Assembly (NCBI GenBank): GCA_047639555.1 | Contig: JBLIOE010000010.1 | Location: forward strand, 20,967-84,966 | From: Candidatus Aldehydirespiratoraceae bacterium | GTDB lineage: Bacteria > Actinomycetota > Acidimicrobiia > Acidimicrobiales > Aldehydirespiratoraceae | Direction: 5' to 3' | Length of the DNA stretch: 64,000 bases | Shown here: positions 55,748 through 64,000 of the stretch, one piece after another | How positions within the stretch are numbered: position 1 is the first letter of the stretch | Layout: every line of letters starts with the position of its first letter | The notes under the pieces: generated by a model | Told to the model about the DNA's origin: nothing | Databases searched by the model: none | The model's input: the letters and a program-made list of their open reading frames with translations, nothing else | Position numbers and translations under genes: made by a program

Positions 55748-56566
55748 TCACGTGAAACTGGAGGTGTCAATACGAGAAAGGTCGACCACAGTACGGAGCT
55801 GACGGGCTTTGAGAAGAAGGCGCCCGTCGTCGGCCCAGAGGCTAATCTCCTCGTCGGTCAGCCCGGCGTGGCCGCGAGCAGCGCGATGGCGAACAAGGAG
55901 CGCCTGGTCGGCGGTGCCAGCAACATCAGGGCCGAAGTGCACGACATGGTGGAGGCTCGGCGTCGCACACATCCGGTCCGGGTGACGAATCACCGGCGGC
56001 GGCCAAACATCACTCGCCATGAGGGCAAGTCGATGATCCCAATCACCGGGCTCGTTCATACGAAGCCAGCCGCCATCTTCGTTGGGCACGACCGCTCCGT
56101 CCTCACCGAAACGACGGTGGGGAGTGAAACGCCCATGCACATTGGTCGCCCATCCAGGCACGACCGTGCCGTCTGGTTCGCGGGGCGGCTCGACGTCGGG
56201 CATTGGCTCGTCGAGGTAGTCGGGCCCTTCCCGCTCGCCGATGAACATCCCGGTCGCGACACCGACCATCTCGCCCGCCGCGCTCAATCGAGCGGTCACG
56301 GAGTGCACGAGCGCTCCGATCCGTTCGTTGGTGACCTCGATTTCGAGAGGCCCCACCGGAATTCGCCGCAGGAATTGATGTGAGTAGACCCGGGGCAGTC
56401 GAGTCGGGTCGGCCACCTCGACTTCCATGGCTCGAAACACCAGCGCCATTAGATACCCACCGAACGGACTTCCGGTTCCCCAGAACTCTCCGTCGTCGAT
56501 CTGGCGCCGATAGCGGCCGCGGCCAACAGATTCGAGCTCGGTGTGTTCGTCGAGAAGCCAGGACAT
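55748..56566 (-). CDS. acyl-CoA thioesterase II-like (double hot-dog) protein
   Basis: GSPFGGYLMAL motif and two hot-dog-like halves. Confidence 0.7.
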   Translation of the reverse strand: MSWLLDEHTELESVGRGRYRRQIDDGEFWGTGSPFGGYLMALVFRAMEVEVADPTRLPRVYSHQFLRRIPVGPLEIEVTNERIGALVHSVTARLSAAGEMVGVATGMFIGEREGPDYLDEPMPDVEPPREPDGTVVPGWATNVHGRFTPHRRFGEDGAVVPNEDGGWLRMNEPGDWDHRLALMASDVWPPPVIRHPDRMCATPSLHHVVHFGPDVAGTADQALLVRHRAARGHAGLTDEEISLWADDGRLLLKARQLRTVVDLSRIDTSSFT

Positions 56567-56607
56567 ATCGGTGCGGAGGGTAGGTCGCCGCGTGGCAGGA
56601 TTGCGAA

Positions 56608-57138
56608 ATGCCCGAGTGCCCTACGGTCGAAACCGACCGACTGATCCTTCGGCCCTTCACCGAAGCCGACCTCGACCGCTACTTCGAGATTCACGACACG
56701 GCTGAGGTGCGAGCGTCGCTCCATATCGCCGACGAGTTCGACCGTGAAGCCGCGTGGGCCCAGATGGCTCATCACCGGGGCCAATGGGCACTGCGCGGGT
56801 CGGGCCAGTGGGCGGTTGAGTTGAAAGCCACCGGCGAGATGATCGGCCGAGCGGGCACGCACCGACCCGAGCGAGCCGACTGGCCGGGTCTCGAATGTGG
56901 TTGGTCGTTCGATCCCGCTCATTGGGGCCAGGGTTATGCGACCGAAGCCGGCGGAGCGACGATCGACTGGGCGTTCGCGAACCATGGCGTCGACCAGTTG
57001 GTGAGTGTCATCCTCCCCGCAAACACGGCATCGCAGGCGGTGGCCGTCCGGCTCGGGTTCACGCTTCACGAAGAACGGATCCTCGCCTTCTTCCCTTCCG
57101 CGCCACACGGGATCTGGGTTCTTCCCCGCCCTCAATAG
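56608..57138 (+). CDS. GNAT family N-acetyltransferase (RimJ/RimL-like)
   Basis: TDRLILRPFTEADLD N-terminus and the WGQGYATEA acetyl-CoA loop. Confidence 0.85.
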   Translation: MPECPTVETDRLILRPFTEADLDRYFEIHDTAEVRASLHIADEFDREAAWAQMAHHRGQWALRGSGQWAVELKATGEMIGRAGTHRPERADWPGLECGWSFDPAHWGQGYATEAGGATIDWAFANHGVDQLVSVILPANTASQAVAVRLGFTLHEERILAFFPSAPHGIWVLPRPQ

Positions 57139-57149
57139 GCTTCGAGGCG

Positions 57150-58010
57150 ATGTCCGCCTCCGACACTTCCCTCTCTCCCCAGGCCGCCTCTTCGGCCGCC
57201 ATGCTCCGCGATCGATATGTCGATCTCCTGATGGGGTGTCTCACCCGCGAGCTGTTCCTGGCCGAGGAAGCCCACGATGTTGACCTGGCCGGCTGGCCCG
57301 GCGACAACGACACGCTTCGCGCCACGCTCAAGACCAACGGCTGGCGTCTCACCCGCCTCGGCGGCGACGCCGAGAAACGCGCTGACGGCAACGACTGGCC
57401 GCCGGCCGCAGAAACCATGGTTGGGCAGCAACGCCTTGCCGACGTCCGCGCCTGCGTCGACTCCGTAATGGCCGACGGTGTTCCCGGCGACTTCATCGAA
57501 ACCGGAGTCTGGCGTGGCGGCGTCACCATCCTCATGCGGGGAATGCTTGAAGCATGGGGCGACACCGACCGCCGAGTCTGGGTGGCCGACAGCTTCCAGG
57601 GCCTCCCGGCTCCCGACGCCGCAGCGTTCCCCCAAGACATCGGTCACGACATGTCCGACGTGCCCACGCTCGCCGTTTCGGCCGACCAGGTTCGAGCCAA
57701 CTTCGCCCGCTACGGGCTACTCGACGACCGGGTGCAATTCCTCGAAGGCTGGTTTCGCGACACGTTGCCGACCGCGCCTGTCGAACAGTTGGCGATCCTG
57801 CGTCTCGACGGCGACATGTACGAATCGACGATGGATGCACTCGAAGCGCTCTACCCGAAGCTCAGCGTCGGCGGCTACGTGATCGTCGACGACTATGGCG
57901 CGTGGGAGCCCTGCCGCCAGGCCTGCACCGACTATCGCGAGCGCCACGGCATCACCGACGAGATCGTCTCTATCGACTGGACTGGCGTGCACTGGCGCCG
58001 TCGCGCCTAA
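57150..58010 (+). CDS. TylF/macrocin-O-methyltransferase family methyltransferase
   Basis: GDFIETGVWRGG SAM motif and LRLDGDMYEST metal-binding motif. Start taken at ATG 57150. Confidence 0.85.
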   Translation: MSASDTSLSPQAASSAAMLRDRYVDLLMGCLTRELFLAEEAHDVDLAGWPGDNDTLRATLKTNGWRLTRLGGDAEKRADGNDWPPAAETMVGQQRLADVRACVDSVMADGVPGDFIETGVWRGGVTILMRGMLEAWGDTDRRVWVADSFQGLPAPDAAAFPQDIGHDMSDVPTLAVSADQVRANFARYGLLDDRVQFLEGWFRDTLPTAPVEQLAILRLDGDMYESTMDALEALYPKLSVGGYVIVDDYGAWEPCRQACTDYRERHGITDEIVSIDWTGVHWRRRA

Positions 58011-58044
58011 CCCCCGTTTCCCAGAACTCCACGGACAAGAACAC

Positions 58045-58725
58045 ATGAGCAAGACCAACGACATCAGCACCTATTACGGCTTGCTTCGCCGAGCGCATGA
58101 GATCGTGCAGCCCGAGCGGTATCTGGAGATTGGCGTTCACGAGGGCCACTCACTGAGCTTCGTTCGACCCGGCACCCGCACGGTCGGTGTGGACCCCGAG
58201 CCCAAGGTGAAGAACCCGCCCGACAACACGGTGATCGTCCCCACTACCAGCGACGACTTCTTCGCTGATCCTGAACTCGTCTCGCTTCTCGGCGGCACGA
58301 TCGACCTCGCGTTTGTTGATGGCCTTCATCTTCACGAACAGACGCTGCGCGACGTCGCCAACGTCGAGCGCCACTCGCACCCCGGCGGCGTCATCCTTAT
58401 CCACGACTGTCTCCCGATCGACAAGAAGACCTCGGCCCGCGAACGCTCCACGGTTGTCTGGTCAGGCGACGTGTGGAAGGTGGTTGTGGCACTGCGGCGC
58501 CATCGCCCCGACCTCACGGTCACCACCGTCGATGTCGAGCCGACTGGGCTCGCGATTGTGAGCGGACTCGACCCCACGAACACAATTCTGCACGACGACT
58601 ACGACGCCATAATCGAAGAACTCGCCGGTCTTGAGTTCGACGATCTTGAGGCGGTCGGCCGTGACGAAATGCTCGGTGTTGTGCCCGGCGAGTGGAGCCG
58701 AGTCGAGCCCCTACTCGCGAGCTGA
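58045..58725 (+). CDS. class I SAM-dependent methyltransferase (CmcI/Methyltransf_24-like)
   Basis: YLEIGVHEGHS and DLAFVDGLH motifs. Start taken at ATG 58045. Confidence 0.7.
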   Translation: MSKTNDISTYYGLLRRAHEIVQPERYLEIGVHEGHSLSFVRPGTRTVGVDPEPKVKNPPDNTVIVPTTSDDFFADPELVSLLGGTIDLAFVDGLHLHEQTLRDVANVERHSHPGGVILIHDCLPIDKKTSARERSTVVWSGDVWKVVVALRRHRPDLTVTTVDVEPTGLAIVSGLDPTNTILHDDYDAIIEELAGLEFDDLEAVGRDEMLGVVPGEWSRVEPLLAS

Positions 58726-58821
58726 CCACTCCCTCGCAACGACCTCCCCAGCGAACTACGGTTTCGCCGTTCGCACGCCGTTCCTTTCGGGTCGGCTGTA
58801 GGTCTCTTAAGGAGCATGAAG

Positions 58822-59907
58822 ATGGCGCAAACGGTCAAGGGTGTCGTGGCAATGGCGGTAGGTCAGCCGGTCACAATCGAGAACATTGTGATTCCCGATC
58901 CTGGCCCCGGCGAAGCGGTCGTGGCGATTCAAGCGTGCGGCGTTTGCCACACCGATCTTCATTACCGAGAAGGCGGCATCAACGACGAGTTCCCGTTCCT
59001 GCTCGGCCATGAGGCCAGCGGCATTATCGAATCCGTCGGCGACGGCGTGACCGAGGTCGAACCCGGCGACTTCGTGATCCTGAACTGGCGCGCCGTGTGC
59101 GGCACCTGCCGAGCCTGCAACAAGGGCAAGCCGCATCTCTGCTTCAACACGTTCAACGCCGAACAGAGGATGACCCTGGAAGACGGCACGGAGCTTTCTC
59201 CCGCCTTGGGCATCGGCGCCTTTGTCGAGAAGACACTCGTCGCTAGCGGCCAGTGCACCAAGGTCGACCCGTCGGCCTCCCCCGCCGCAGCCGGCTTGCT
59301 CGGTTGTGGCGTGATGGCCGGCATTGGCGCCGCGATCAACACTGGTGGCGTCACCCGCGGCGACACCGTTGCCGTGTTTGGTTGTGGCGGTGTGGGCGAC
59401 GCAGCCATCGCGGGCGCCAAGCTCGCCGGCGCTTCCGTCATCGTTGCCGTCGATCTCGACGACCAGAAGCTCGAGTGGGCGAAAGGCTTTGGCGCGACCC
59501 ACACCGTCAACTCGTCGAACGAAGATCCCGTAGCCAAGATCCAGGAGTACACCAACGGCTTCGGCGCCGATGTGTGTATCGATGCGATCGGCCTGCCCCA
59601 GGTTTACAAGCAGTGCTTCGAAGCACGCGATCTGGCCGGCACCGTCGTGCTGGTGGGTGTGCCGACGCCGGAGATGGAGATCACCCTCCCCTTCCAGGAA
59701 GTGTTCGGCCGAGGCGGAGCCCTCAAGTCGAGTTGGTACGGCGACTGCCTGCCGTCGCGAGACTTCCCGATGCTGATCGACCTCTACCTACAAGGTCGAC
59801 TCGACCTCGAAGGTTTTGTGTCCGAGACGATCGGGCTCGAAGACGTCGAAGAGGCGTTCCACAAGATGGAGCGCGGCGAAGTCCTCCGTTCCGTCGTCGA
59901 GATCTAG
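58822..59907 (+). CDS. class III Zn-dependent alcohol / S-(hydroxymethyl)mycothiol (formaldehyde) dehydrogenase
   Basis: [14 protein letters not shown] and the CGTCRAC structural-zinc motif, plus GCGGVG. ATG 58822 has AAGGAG 7 nt upstream. ATG 58816 sits too close to the RBS. Confidence 0.85.
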   Translation: MAQTVKGVVAMAVGQPVTIENIVIPDPGPGEAVVAIQACGVCHTDLHYREGGINDEFPFLLGHEASGIIESVGDGVTEVEPGDFVILNWRAVCGTCRACNKGKPHLCFNTFNAEQRMTLEDGTELSPALGIGAFVEKTLVASGQCTKVDPSASPAAAGLLGCGVMAGIGAAINTGGVTRGDTVAVFGCGGVGDAAIAGAKLAGASVIVAVDLDDQKLEWAKGFGATHTVNSSNEDPVAKIQEYTNGFGADVCIDAIGLPQVYKQCFEARDLAGTVVLVGVPTPEMEITLPFQEVFGRGGALKSSWYGDCLPSRDFPMLIDLYLQGRLDLEGFVSETIGLEDVEEAFHKMERGEVLRSVVEI

Positions 59908-59921
59908 AGACCGGTACCCAC

Positions 59922-60551
59922 ATGACGATCGAACTCATTACGACCGAGGGCATGTTCGCTCTCGATGGCGGCGAATGGGCCGTCACGAACAACATCTGGC
60001 TAGCGGGCGACGACCGCGAGGTGATGGTGTTCGACGCGGCCCACGACCATCAGCCGATCGTTGATGCAATCAACGGGCGGAAGGTGAGTGCCATCGTCCT
60101 CACCCACGGCCACAACGACCACATCAACGCGGCCACGGCGTTGCGTGATGCCGTCGACGCCCCGATCCTGCTCCATCCCGACGACCGGATGCTCTGGGAT
60201 GTGGTGTACCCCGATGCCTCACCCGATGGCGAAGTTGTACCTGGCACGACATTGTCGGCCGGTGGCCACGAGGTCGGCATCGTGCACACGCCCGGCCACT
60301 CCCCCGGCTGCTGTTGCTTCCACGACGTCGTCGCGGGCCGACTGATCTCGGGCGACACACTCTTCTGTGGCGGCCCGGGCGCCACCGGGCGCAGCTATAG
60401 CGACGAGCCCACGATCCTGCGATCGATCCGAGACCAGCTGCTCACCCTTCCGGGTGCCACCATCGTCCACACCGGCCATGGCGACACCACTGTCATCGAT
60501 GACGAGCGTGAGCGGGTGCTCGACCGCATGGCCGAGCTCGGGCTCAGTTAG
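59922..60551 (+). CDS. MBL-fold metallo-hydrolase (partner of the formaldehyde dehydrogenase)
   Basis: THGHNDH motif and HTPGHSPG. 209 aa. Confidence 0.85.
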   Translation: MTIELITTEGMFALDGGEWAVTNNIWLAGDDREVMVFDAAHDHQPIVDAINGRKVSAIVLTHGHNDHINAATALRDAVDAPILLHPDDRMLWDVVYPDASPDGEVVPGTTLSAGGHEVGIVHTPGHSPGCCCFHDVVAGRLISGDTLFCGGPGATGRSYSDEPTILRSIRDQLLTLPGATIVHTGHGDTTVIDDERERVLDRMAELGLS

Positions 60552-60566
60552 ACCGACACGCCAATA

Positions 60567-60636
60567 CGCCCCATCCAATCTCTGCACCGTTTCGCGCCGC
60601 CGGCGGCGCGAAACGGTGCAGAGATTGGATGGGGCG
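60567..60636. terminator. perfect 70-bp palindrome filling the spacer between convergent genes
   Basis: I checked the 35-bp arms base by base from 60567/60636 in to 60601/60602 and found no mismatch. With a 2-nt bulge the pairing extends to 60561-60640. Confidence 0.85.
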
Positions 60637-60640
60637 TTGG

Positions 60641-62128
60641 CTAGACGAAAAGAGCGCGGCCGGTCACTCGCACGCGGGTGCCGATCAACTCTTCGGTTAC
60701 GCCTTGGCTGGCCAATTCAGGGTCATCCACCGCGGCGACCGCTCGTTCGCCCGAGTCGAGGTCGACGATCGCGCACACGCGAGCCGGATCGGTTCCCGCA
60801 TAGATGACGGTGTAGCTCGCCACGACTCCTTCACCGTCGGGGTTCTCGTCCAGAGGGGCGACGGAGGTTGCGGCGCGCGCTTCCTCAACGAGGTCGGCGA
60901 CGAGGAGTCCGTTGGCGGGCGGTTCGGTGGACCACACCGCGAGCGCGGGCTTTGTGAGAAGGCCGCTGACGGCCGAAACCGCACCCCACGAGCCACTGTC
61001 AGATCGAAGCTTCTCCACCATGGCAACCAGGGCCTGAAAGACGAAGCTATTGAACGGCCCACCGGCGAACGCCATGCCACCCGTGAGGGTGGGCACTTGG
61101 GAGGGGTCGAGGCCGAGTTCCTTTTGCTGCACACGGACGGCCACGGGGAAGCAGCTATAGAGCTCCACATGGTCGATCTCGGAGATCGGGCGACCGATGT
61201 GGGACGCAGCCGCTTCGCCCAGGAGGCGCATCGCGGGCCAGCGATGTAGCTCCGCTCGACGAGACAACGAGAGCGACAAGGACGACTCGAGGCCGACGTG
61301 GGGGAAGACCCAACGATCTCGCGGCACGCCCATCTCTTCTGCAACGGCGACCGTACAGAACACCATCGCAGCCGCCTGGTCGACTCCCCATTGGCTGTTG
61401 TGCCACTTGTTGTAGGGAAAAGCGATGGGTCGATTGGTTGGGCTTGGATCGCGGATGTCTTGGATCGACATCGGATCGCCAAAGTCGGCGCGGGTAAACC
61501 CTCGAGCGACCTGATTGAAGCCGTTCCAGATCGTTGCGATGTCGGTGCGGTGCTCGTCAAGCGACCAACCTTCAGCGGCGCGACGAGCGCTATCGATGAT
61601 CGCGTACTGCTGCACCGGAGCGACCATGCCGATCTCGATCTCGGGCCGGGCGACAATCTCCCCCTCGGGCTGCATCTCGACATCGGGCGCCAACCCTTCT
61701 TGGTCGTGTGCGGCCAGATCGACCCCGGCCCGACGGGCCACATCGTCGCGATACTTCGTCTCGCCGCCGCACACGATCGCGATGTCGGTGTCGCCCGCTT
61801 GGAGGGCATTGAGCGCTCGGTTGATAAGGGTCTGTTGGGGAATGCCAACGTTGGCAGCAACCGTGTGCGCATCGACGCCGAGGGCCTCAGCCACTCTGTT
61901 CGCGGCAGCCGGCAAGTTCGACAGGCCTCGCGTTGCTCCTATCCACCCCACCCGGGAACCCATGCCGGGAGCGCCAGAGTCGGCCACCGCCAGCCGGGCC
62001 GCCTCAACGATGAGCTGGGTGGTATCGAGGCCGGCACCCGGCTCATCGTCACGCTGGTGAGCGGCGCCGACGCCGACAAGTACGGGTGTCTGAGGATCAA
62101 GAGCCATCGCCACGGAAGTTACCGCCAC
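60641..62128 (-). CDS. thiolase-like protein with C-terminal OB-fold-like tail
   Basis: Thiolase-fold pattern (...VCGGETK..., ...ELYSCFPVA..., ...GGMAFAGGP...). About 495 aa. The start is GTG 62128 or ATG 62107. Confidence 0.75.
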   Translation of the reverse strand: MAVTSVAMALDPQTPVLVGVGAAHQRDDEPGAGLDTTQLIVEAARLAVADSGAPGMGSRVGWIGATRGLSNLPAAANRVAEALGVDAHTVAANVGIPQQTLINRALNALQAGDTDIAIVCGGETKYRDDVARRAGVDLAAHDQEGLAPDVEMQPEGEIVARPEIEIGMVAPVQQYAIIDSARRAAEGWSLDEHRTDIATIWNGFNQVARGFTRADFGDPMSIQDIRDPSPTNRPIAFPYNKWHNSQWGVDQAAAMVFCTVAVAEEMGVPRDRWVFPHVGLESSLSLSLSRRAELHRWPAMRLLGEAAASHIGRPISEIDHVELYSCFPVAVRVQQKELGLDPSQVPTLTGGMAFAGGPFNSFVFQALVAMVEKLRSDSGSWGAVSAVSGLLTKPALAVWSTEPPANGLLVADLVEEARAATSVAPLDENPDGEGVVASYTVIYAGTDPARVCAIVDLDSGERAVAAVDDPELASQGVTEELIGTRVRVTGRALFV

Positions 62129-62194
62129 CTCCTCGACTCGCTACAAACGAGAACGAGTTCTATTCTCAAGGCTTTACCCATTCGGAGGCCAGAA

Positions 62195-63325
62195 ATGACC
62201 AGCTTGCTCGATGCCGCCCGCGACATTCGGACCGCCCTCGATGCGGAGGGAAGCAAAGCCGAAGCCGCCGGCACCCCGATGACCGATGAAGCCGTTCGCC
62301 TTTGCAAAGAGGCCGGATTGTACGGCGCCCTGGTGGCCAAGGAAGTGGGTGGTACCGAACTCAACGCGGCCGACAGCCTCGATGTTTTCGCCGAACTCGC
62401 TCGAGCCGACGGCTCGATTGGTTGGGTCGTCATGGCCGGGGCCACCGCCACCGCCTACTTCAGCTCCTACTGTCCCGACAGTTTCACCGATGTCATGTTT
62501 GCCGACGGCGTGCCCCTCGTGGCTGGCCAGTTCGCCCCAAACGGCACGGCCGTGCCGAACGACACCGGCTTCGACATCACCGGCAGCTATTCCTTTGGTT
62601 CCGGACTCGAACACGCTGACTACGCCGGTTGCGGGTCATTCACCGTTCCGGCGGAGGGAAACCCCGACTTCATCTTCGCCGTCGTGCCCAAGTCGGAGGC
62701 GGAGATCATCGGCAATTGGGACGTAATGGGCCTTCGCTCCACCGCCTCATACGACTACAACATCAACAGCAACGTGCCCGCCGATCGCACGTTCTCGATG
62801 TTCGACTTCACTCGTCATCGCGGCGGGCCGCAGTTCGATCTCGGCATCTTGTTCCTCACCGAAATCGGCCACGCCGGATGGGCCCTCGGAGTAATGCGGC
62901 GAGGCATCGACGAAGCCGCGGTGATCGCCCAGACCAAGAAACGGATGACGGGCAAGACGGGCCTGGTCGAAGATCCGCGATTCCAATACGACCTGGCCGA
63001 GGCTGAGAGTCTCTTCCGGGCCGGCGACCACTGGATTCGAGCGTCGTTCACCAAGGCCGAGATGTCCGCTCACAACGGCGACCCCGACCATGGCGCCGTC
63101 AGCGAAGCCCTCCAGGCCACCACGTGGTTCACCCAGGCCGCCACGGAGGCCCTGCAGAAGCTCTACCGCCACATCGGCACCGCTGCTCTACGCGACGGTG
63201 CGTTCCAGCGGGCCTTCCGCGACATTCACGCGGGCAGCCAGCACGCGATGGTGAGCCCGGCTCACACGTTCGCCTTCGCCGAGAGCATTCTCGGCGCTGT
63301 CCCCGAAAACGCGGTCGACTGCTAA
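62195..63325 (+). CDS. acyl-CoA dehydrogenase family / flavin-dependent oxidoreductase
   Basis: ATG 62195 is preceded by GGAGG. ACAD-like N- and middle-domain pattern (...GSIGWVVMAG..., ...GSYSFGSG...). Confidence 0.75.
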   Translation: MTSLLDAARDIRTALDAEGSKAEAAGTPMTDEAVRLCKEAGLYGALVAKEVGGTELNAADSLDVFAELARADGSIGWVVMAGATATAYFSSYCPDSFTDVMFADGVPLVAGQFAPNGTAVPNDTGFDITGSYSFGSGLEHADYAGCGSFTVPAEGNPDFIFAVVPKSEAEIIGNWDVMGLRSTASYDYNINSNVPADRTFSMFDFTRHRGGPQFDLGILFLTEIGHAGWALGVMRRGIDEAAVIAQTKKRMTGKTGLVEDPRFQYDLAEAESLFRAGDHWIRASFTKAEMSAHNGDPDHGAVSEALQATTWFTQAATEALQKLYRHIGTAALRDGAFQRAFRDIHAGSQHAMVSPAHTFAFAESILGAVPENAVDC

Positions 63326-63340
63326 CCCTCCCGCCCCCTG

Positions 63341-63389
63341 CATCTGTGAAGCCCGGATCGCGCATAGCGCGACTCAGGCTTCAGAACAG
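63341..63389. repeat. REP-like palindromic element, decayed copy
   Basis: catcTGTGAAGCCCGGATCGCGC-ata-GCGCGACTCAGGCTTCAGAACAG. The right arm is identical over 17 nt to the element at 14291-14307. The left arm has 3 substitutions. Confidence 0.8.
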
Positions 63390-63398
63390 GAGTGGGGG

Positions 63399-64000
63399 TC
63401 AGACCCCAGTTGAGGCGCTGGTGAGGTCGTTGCCCATGATGATCTCGCCGTCGAAGTGTTCGGCGGCGATAGCGATCCACTCGGGGTACTGGTCTTCGGC
63501 GGGCGCGGGGACATAGTGCGTCAGCATGAGCTTCTTCACACCGTTCTTCGCTGCGGTCTGGCCCGCCTGCGCCACCGATGAGTGGTAGTCGAGAATATCC
63601 TGGAGCCTCCGGGCGGGAACCAGCTTCACGAGGTCATCCCGGATCACGGTTTGCACGTAGATATCGGCGTCCTTCGTGAGTGCATCCAGGCCGACGCACG
63701 GAATCGTGTCGCCGGCAATCGCCACAACCTTGCCTTCGCGCTCAACGCGATAACCAACGGCCGGTTCGACGGGAGCGTGACAGGTCTCGTAGACGGAAAC
63801 CGACATCGCCCCGATCTCGAACGAGTCGCCCGGGTTCACCTCGGTGATCTCGAGGACTGGCGCCCAGGTGAGGTCGTCATGATGCCCGATGCGATACCCG
63901 ACGTCGGGCGCGAGCGCCTCCATCATCTTGTCGACATAGTGCTTGATTCCGACCGGGCCCCAGATCTTCAGTGGTGTCGGCTCATTGCTCATGATCCACT
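63399..64000 (-). CDS. MBL-fold hydrolase (RNase Z / beta-lactamase-like), 5' end outside window
   Basis: The sequence resembles the middle and C-terminal part of MBL-fold proteins (...IWGPVG..., ...THYVP...). The frame stays open to the window edge, so the ATG at 63992 is probably internal. Confidence 0.65.
   Translation of the reverse strand, partial: WIMSNEPTPLKIWGPVGIKHYVDKMMEALAPDVGYRIGHHDDLTWAPVLEITEVNPGDSFEIGAMSVSVYETCHAPVEPAVGYRVEREGKVVAIAGDTIPCVGLDALTKDADIYVQTVIRDDLVKLVPARRLQDILDYHSSVAQAGQTAAKNGVKKLMLTHYVPAPAEDQYPEWIAIAAEHFDGEIIMGNDLTSASTGV

Noticed and set aside
61298-62194. 5' extension that makes the ACAD-like ORF 675 aa long
   Set aside because: The extension is antisense to the thiolase-like gene and has no ACAD similarity. 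A GGAGG RBS precedes ATG 62195, where the homology begins.
1-64000. Mobile elements, prophage, integrative island, rRNA or tRNA genes
   Set aside because: I found no transposase, integrase, recombinase or phage-like ORF in any frame. No intergenic region is large enough for or shaped like an rRNA or tRNA. No long terminal inverted or direct repeats bracket any block.

Overview
This is a high-GC, densely packed chromosomal segment. It is most likely from an actinobacterium: it carries a class III Zn-alcohol/formaldehyde dehydrogenase of the mycothiol-dependent type with its usual MBL-hydrolase partner, a luciferase-like (F420-type) oxidoreductase, and a methionine aminopeptidase with an N-terminal extension. 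A finer taxonomic call would be a guess. I can support about 60 protein-coding genes, many joined by ATGA/GTGA stop-start overlaps. Content from start to end:
- a sulfate-assimilation operon with embedded siroheme genes (cysH, sirC-like, cobA, sulfite reductase, then a DUF4202-like gene and an MBL gene)
- a five-gene Opp/Dpp-type peptide ABC importer
- two SDR genes
- a PAS-GGDEF-EAL protein, a TetR regulator and a Crp-family regulator
- an NfeD-flotillin pair
- a co-directional block: 2-hydroxyacid dehydrogenase, cyclase-family protein, cNMP-binding protein, APH-like kinase, ribokinase, nucleoside hydrolase
- three genes with no recognisable domains
- DUF3048, an RNB ribonuclease, map and MaoC
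- a PLP decarboxylase carrying an extra C-terminal domain
- a membrane PAS / degenerate-GGDEF / EAL sensor
- enoyl-CoA hydratase, an alpha/beta hydrolase and hrpB
- CoA-transferases
- a DUF1800/DUF1501 pair in which the DUF1501 protein carries three SLH repeats
- a VIT1 transporter, a Cof-type HAD hydrolase, a pectate-lyase-like protein, gluQ and an MFS transporter
- a small GNAT/methyltransferase group
- thiolase-like and acyl-CoA-dehydrogenase-like genes.
I saw no rRNA, tRNA, CRISPR array, transposase, integrase or phage gene.
The items most worth a second look:
- the decarboxylase fused to a GNAT/LuxI-FeeM-OlsB-like domain
- a family of long hairpin (REP-like) elements at three loci, plus a separate perfect 70-bp palindrome
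- three short tandem duplications, each seeded on the stop codon of a gene
- the uncharacterised three-gene locus at 25.3-27.0 kb
- the SLH-anchored DUF1501 protein
- two probable decayed or frameshifted genes.
All functional calls come from motif recognition by eye. No database search was run.
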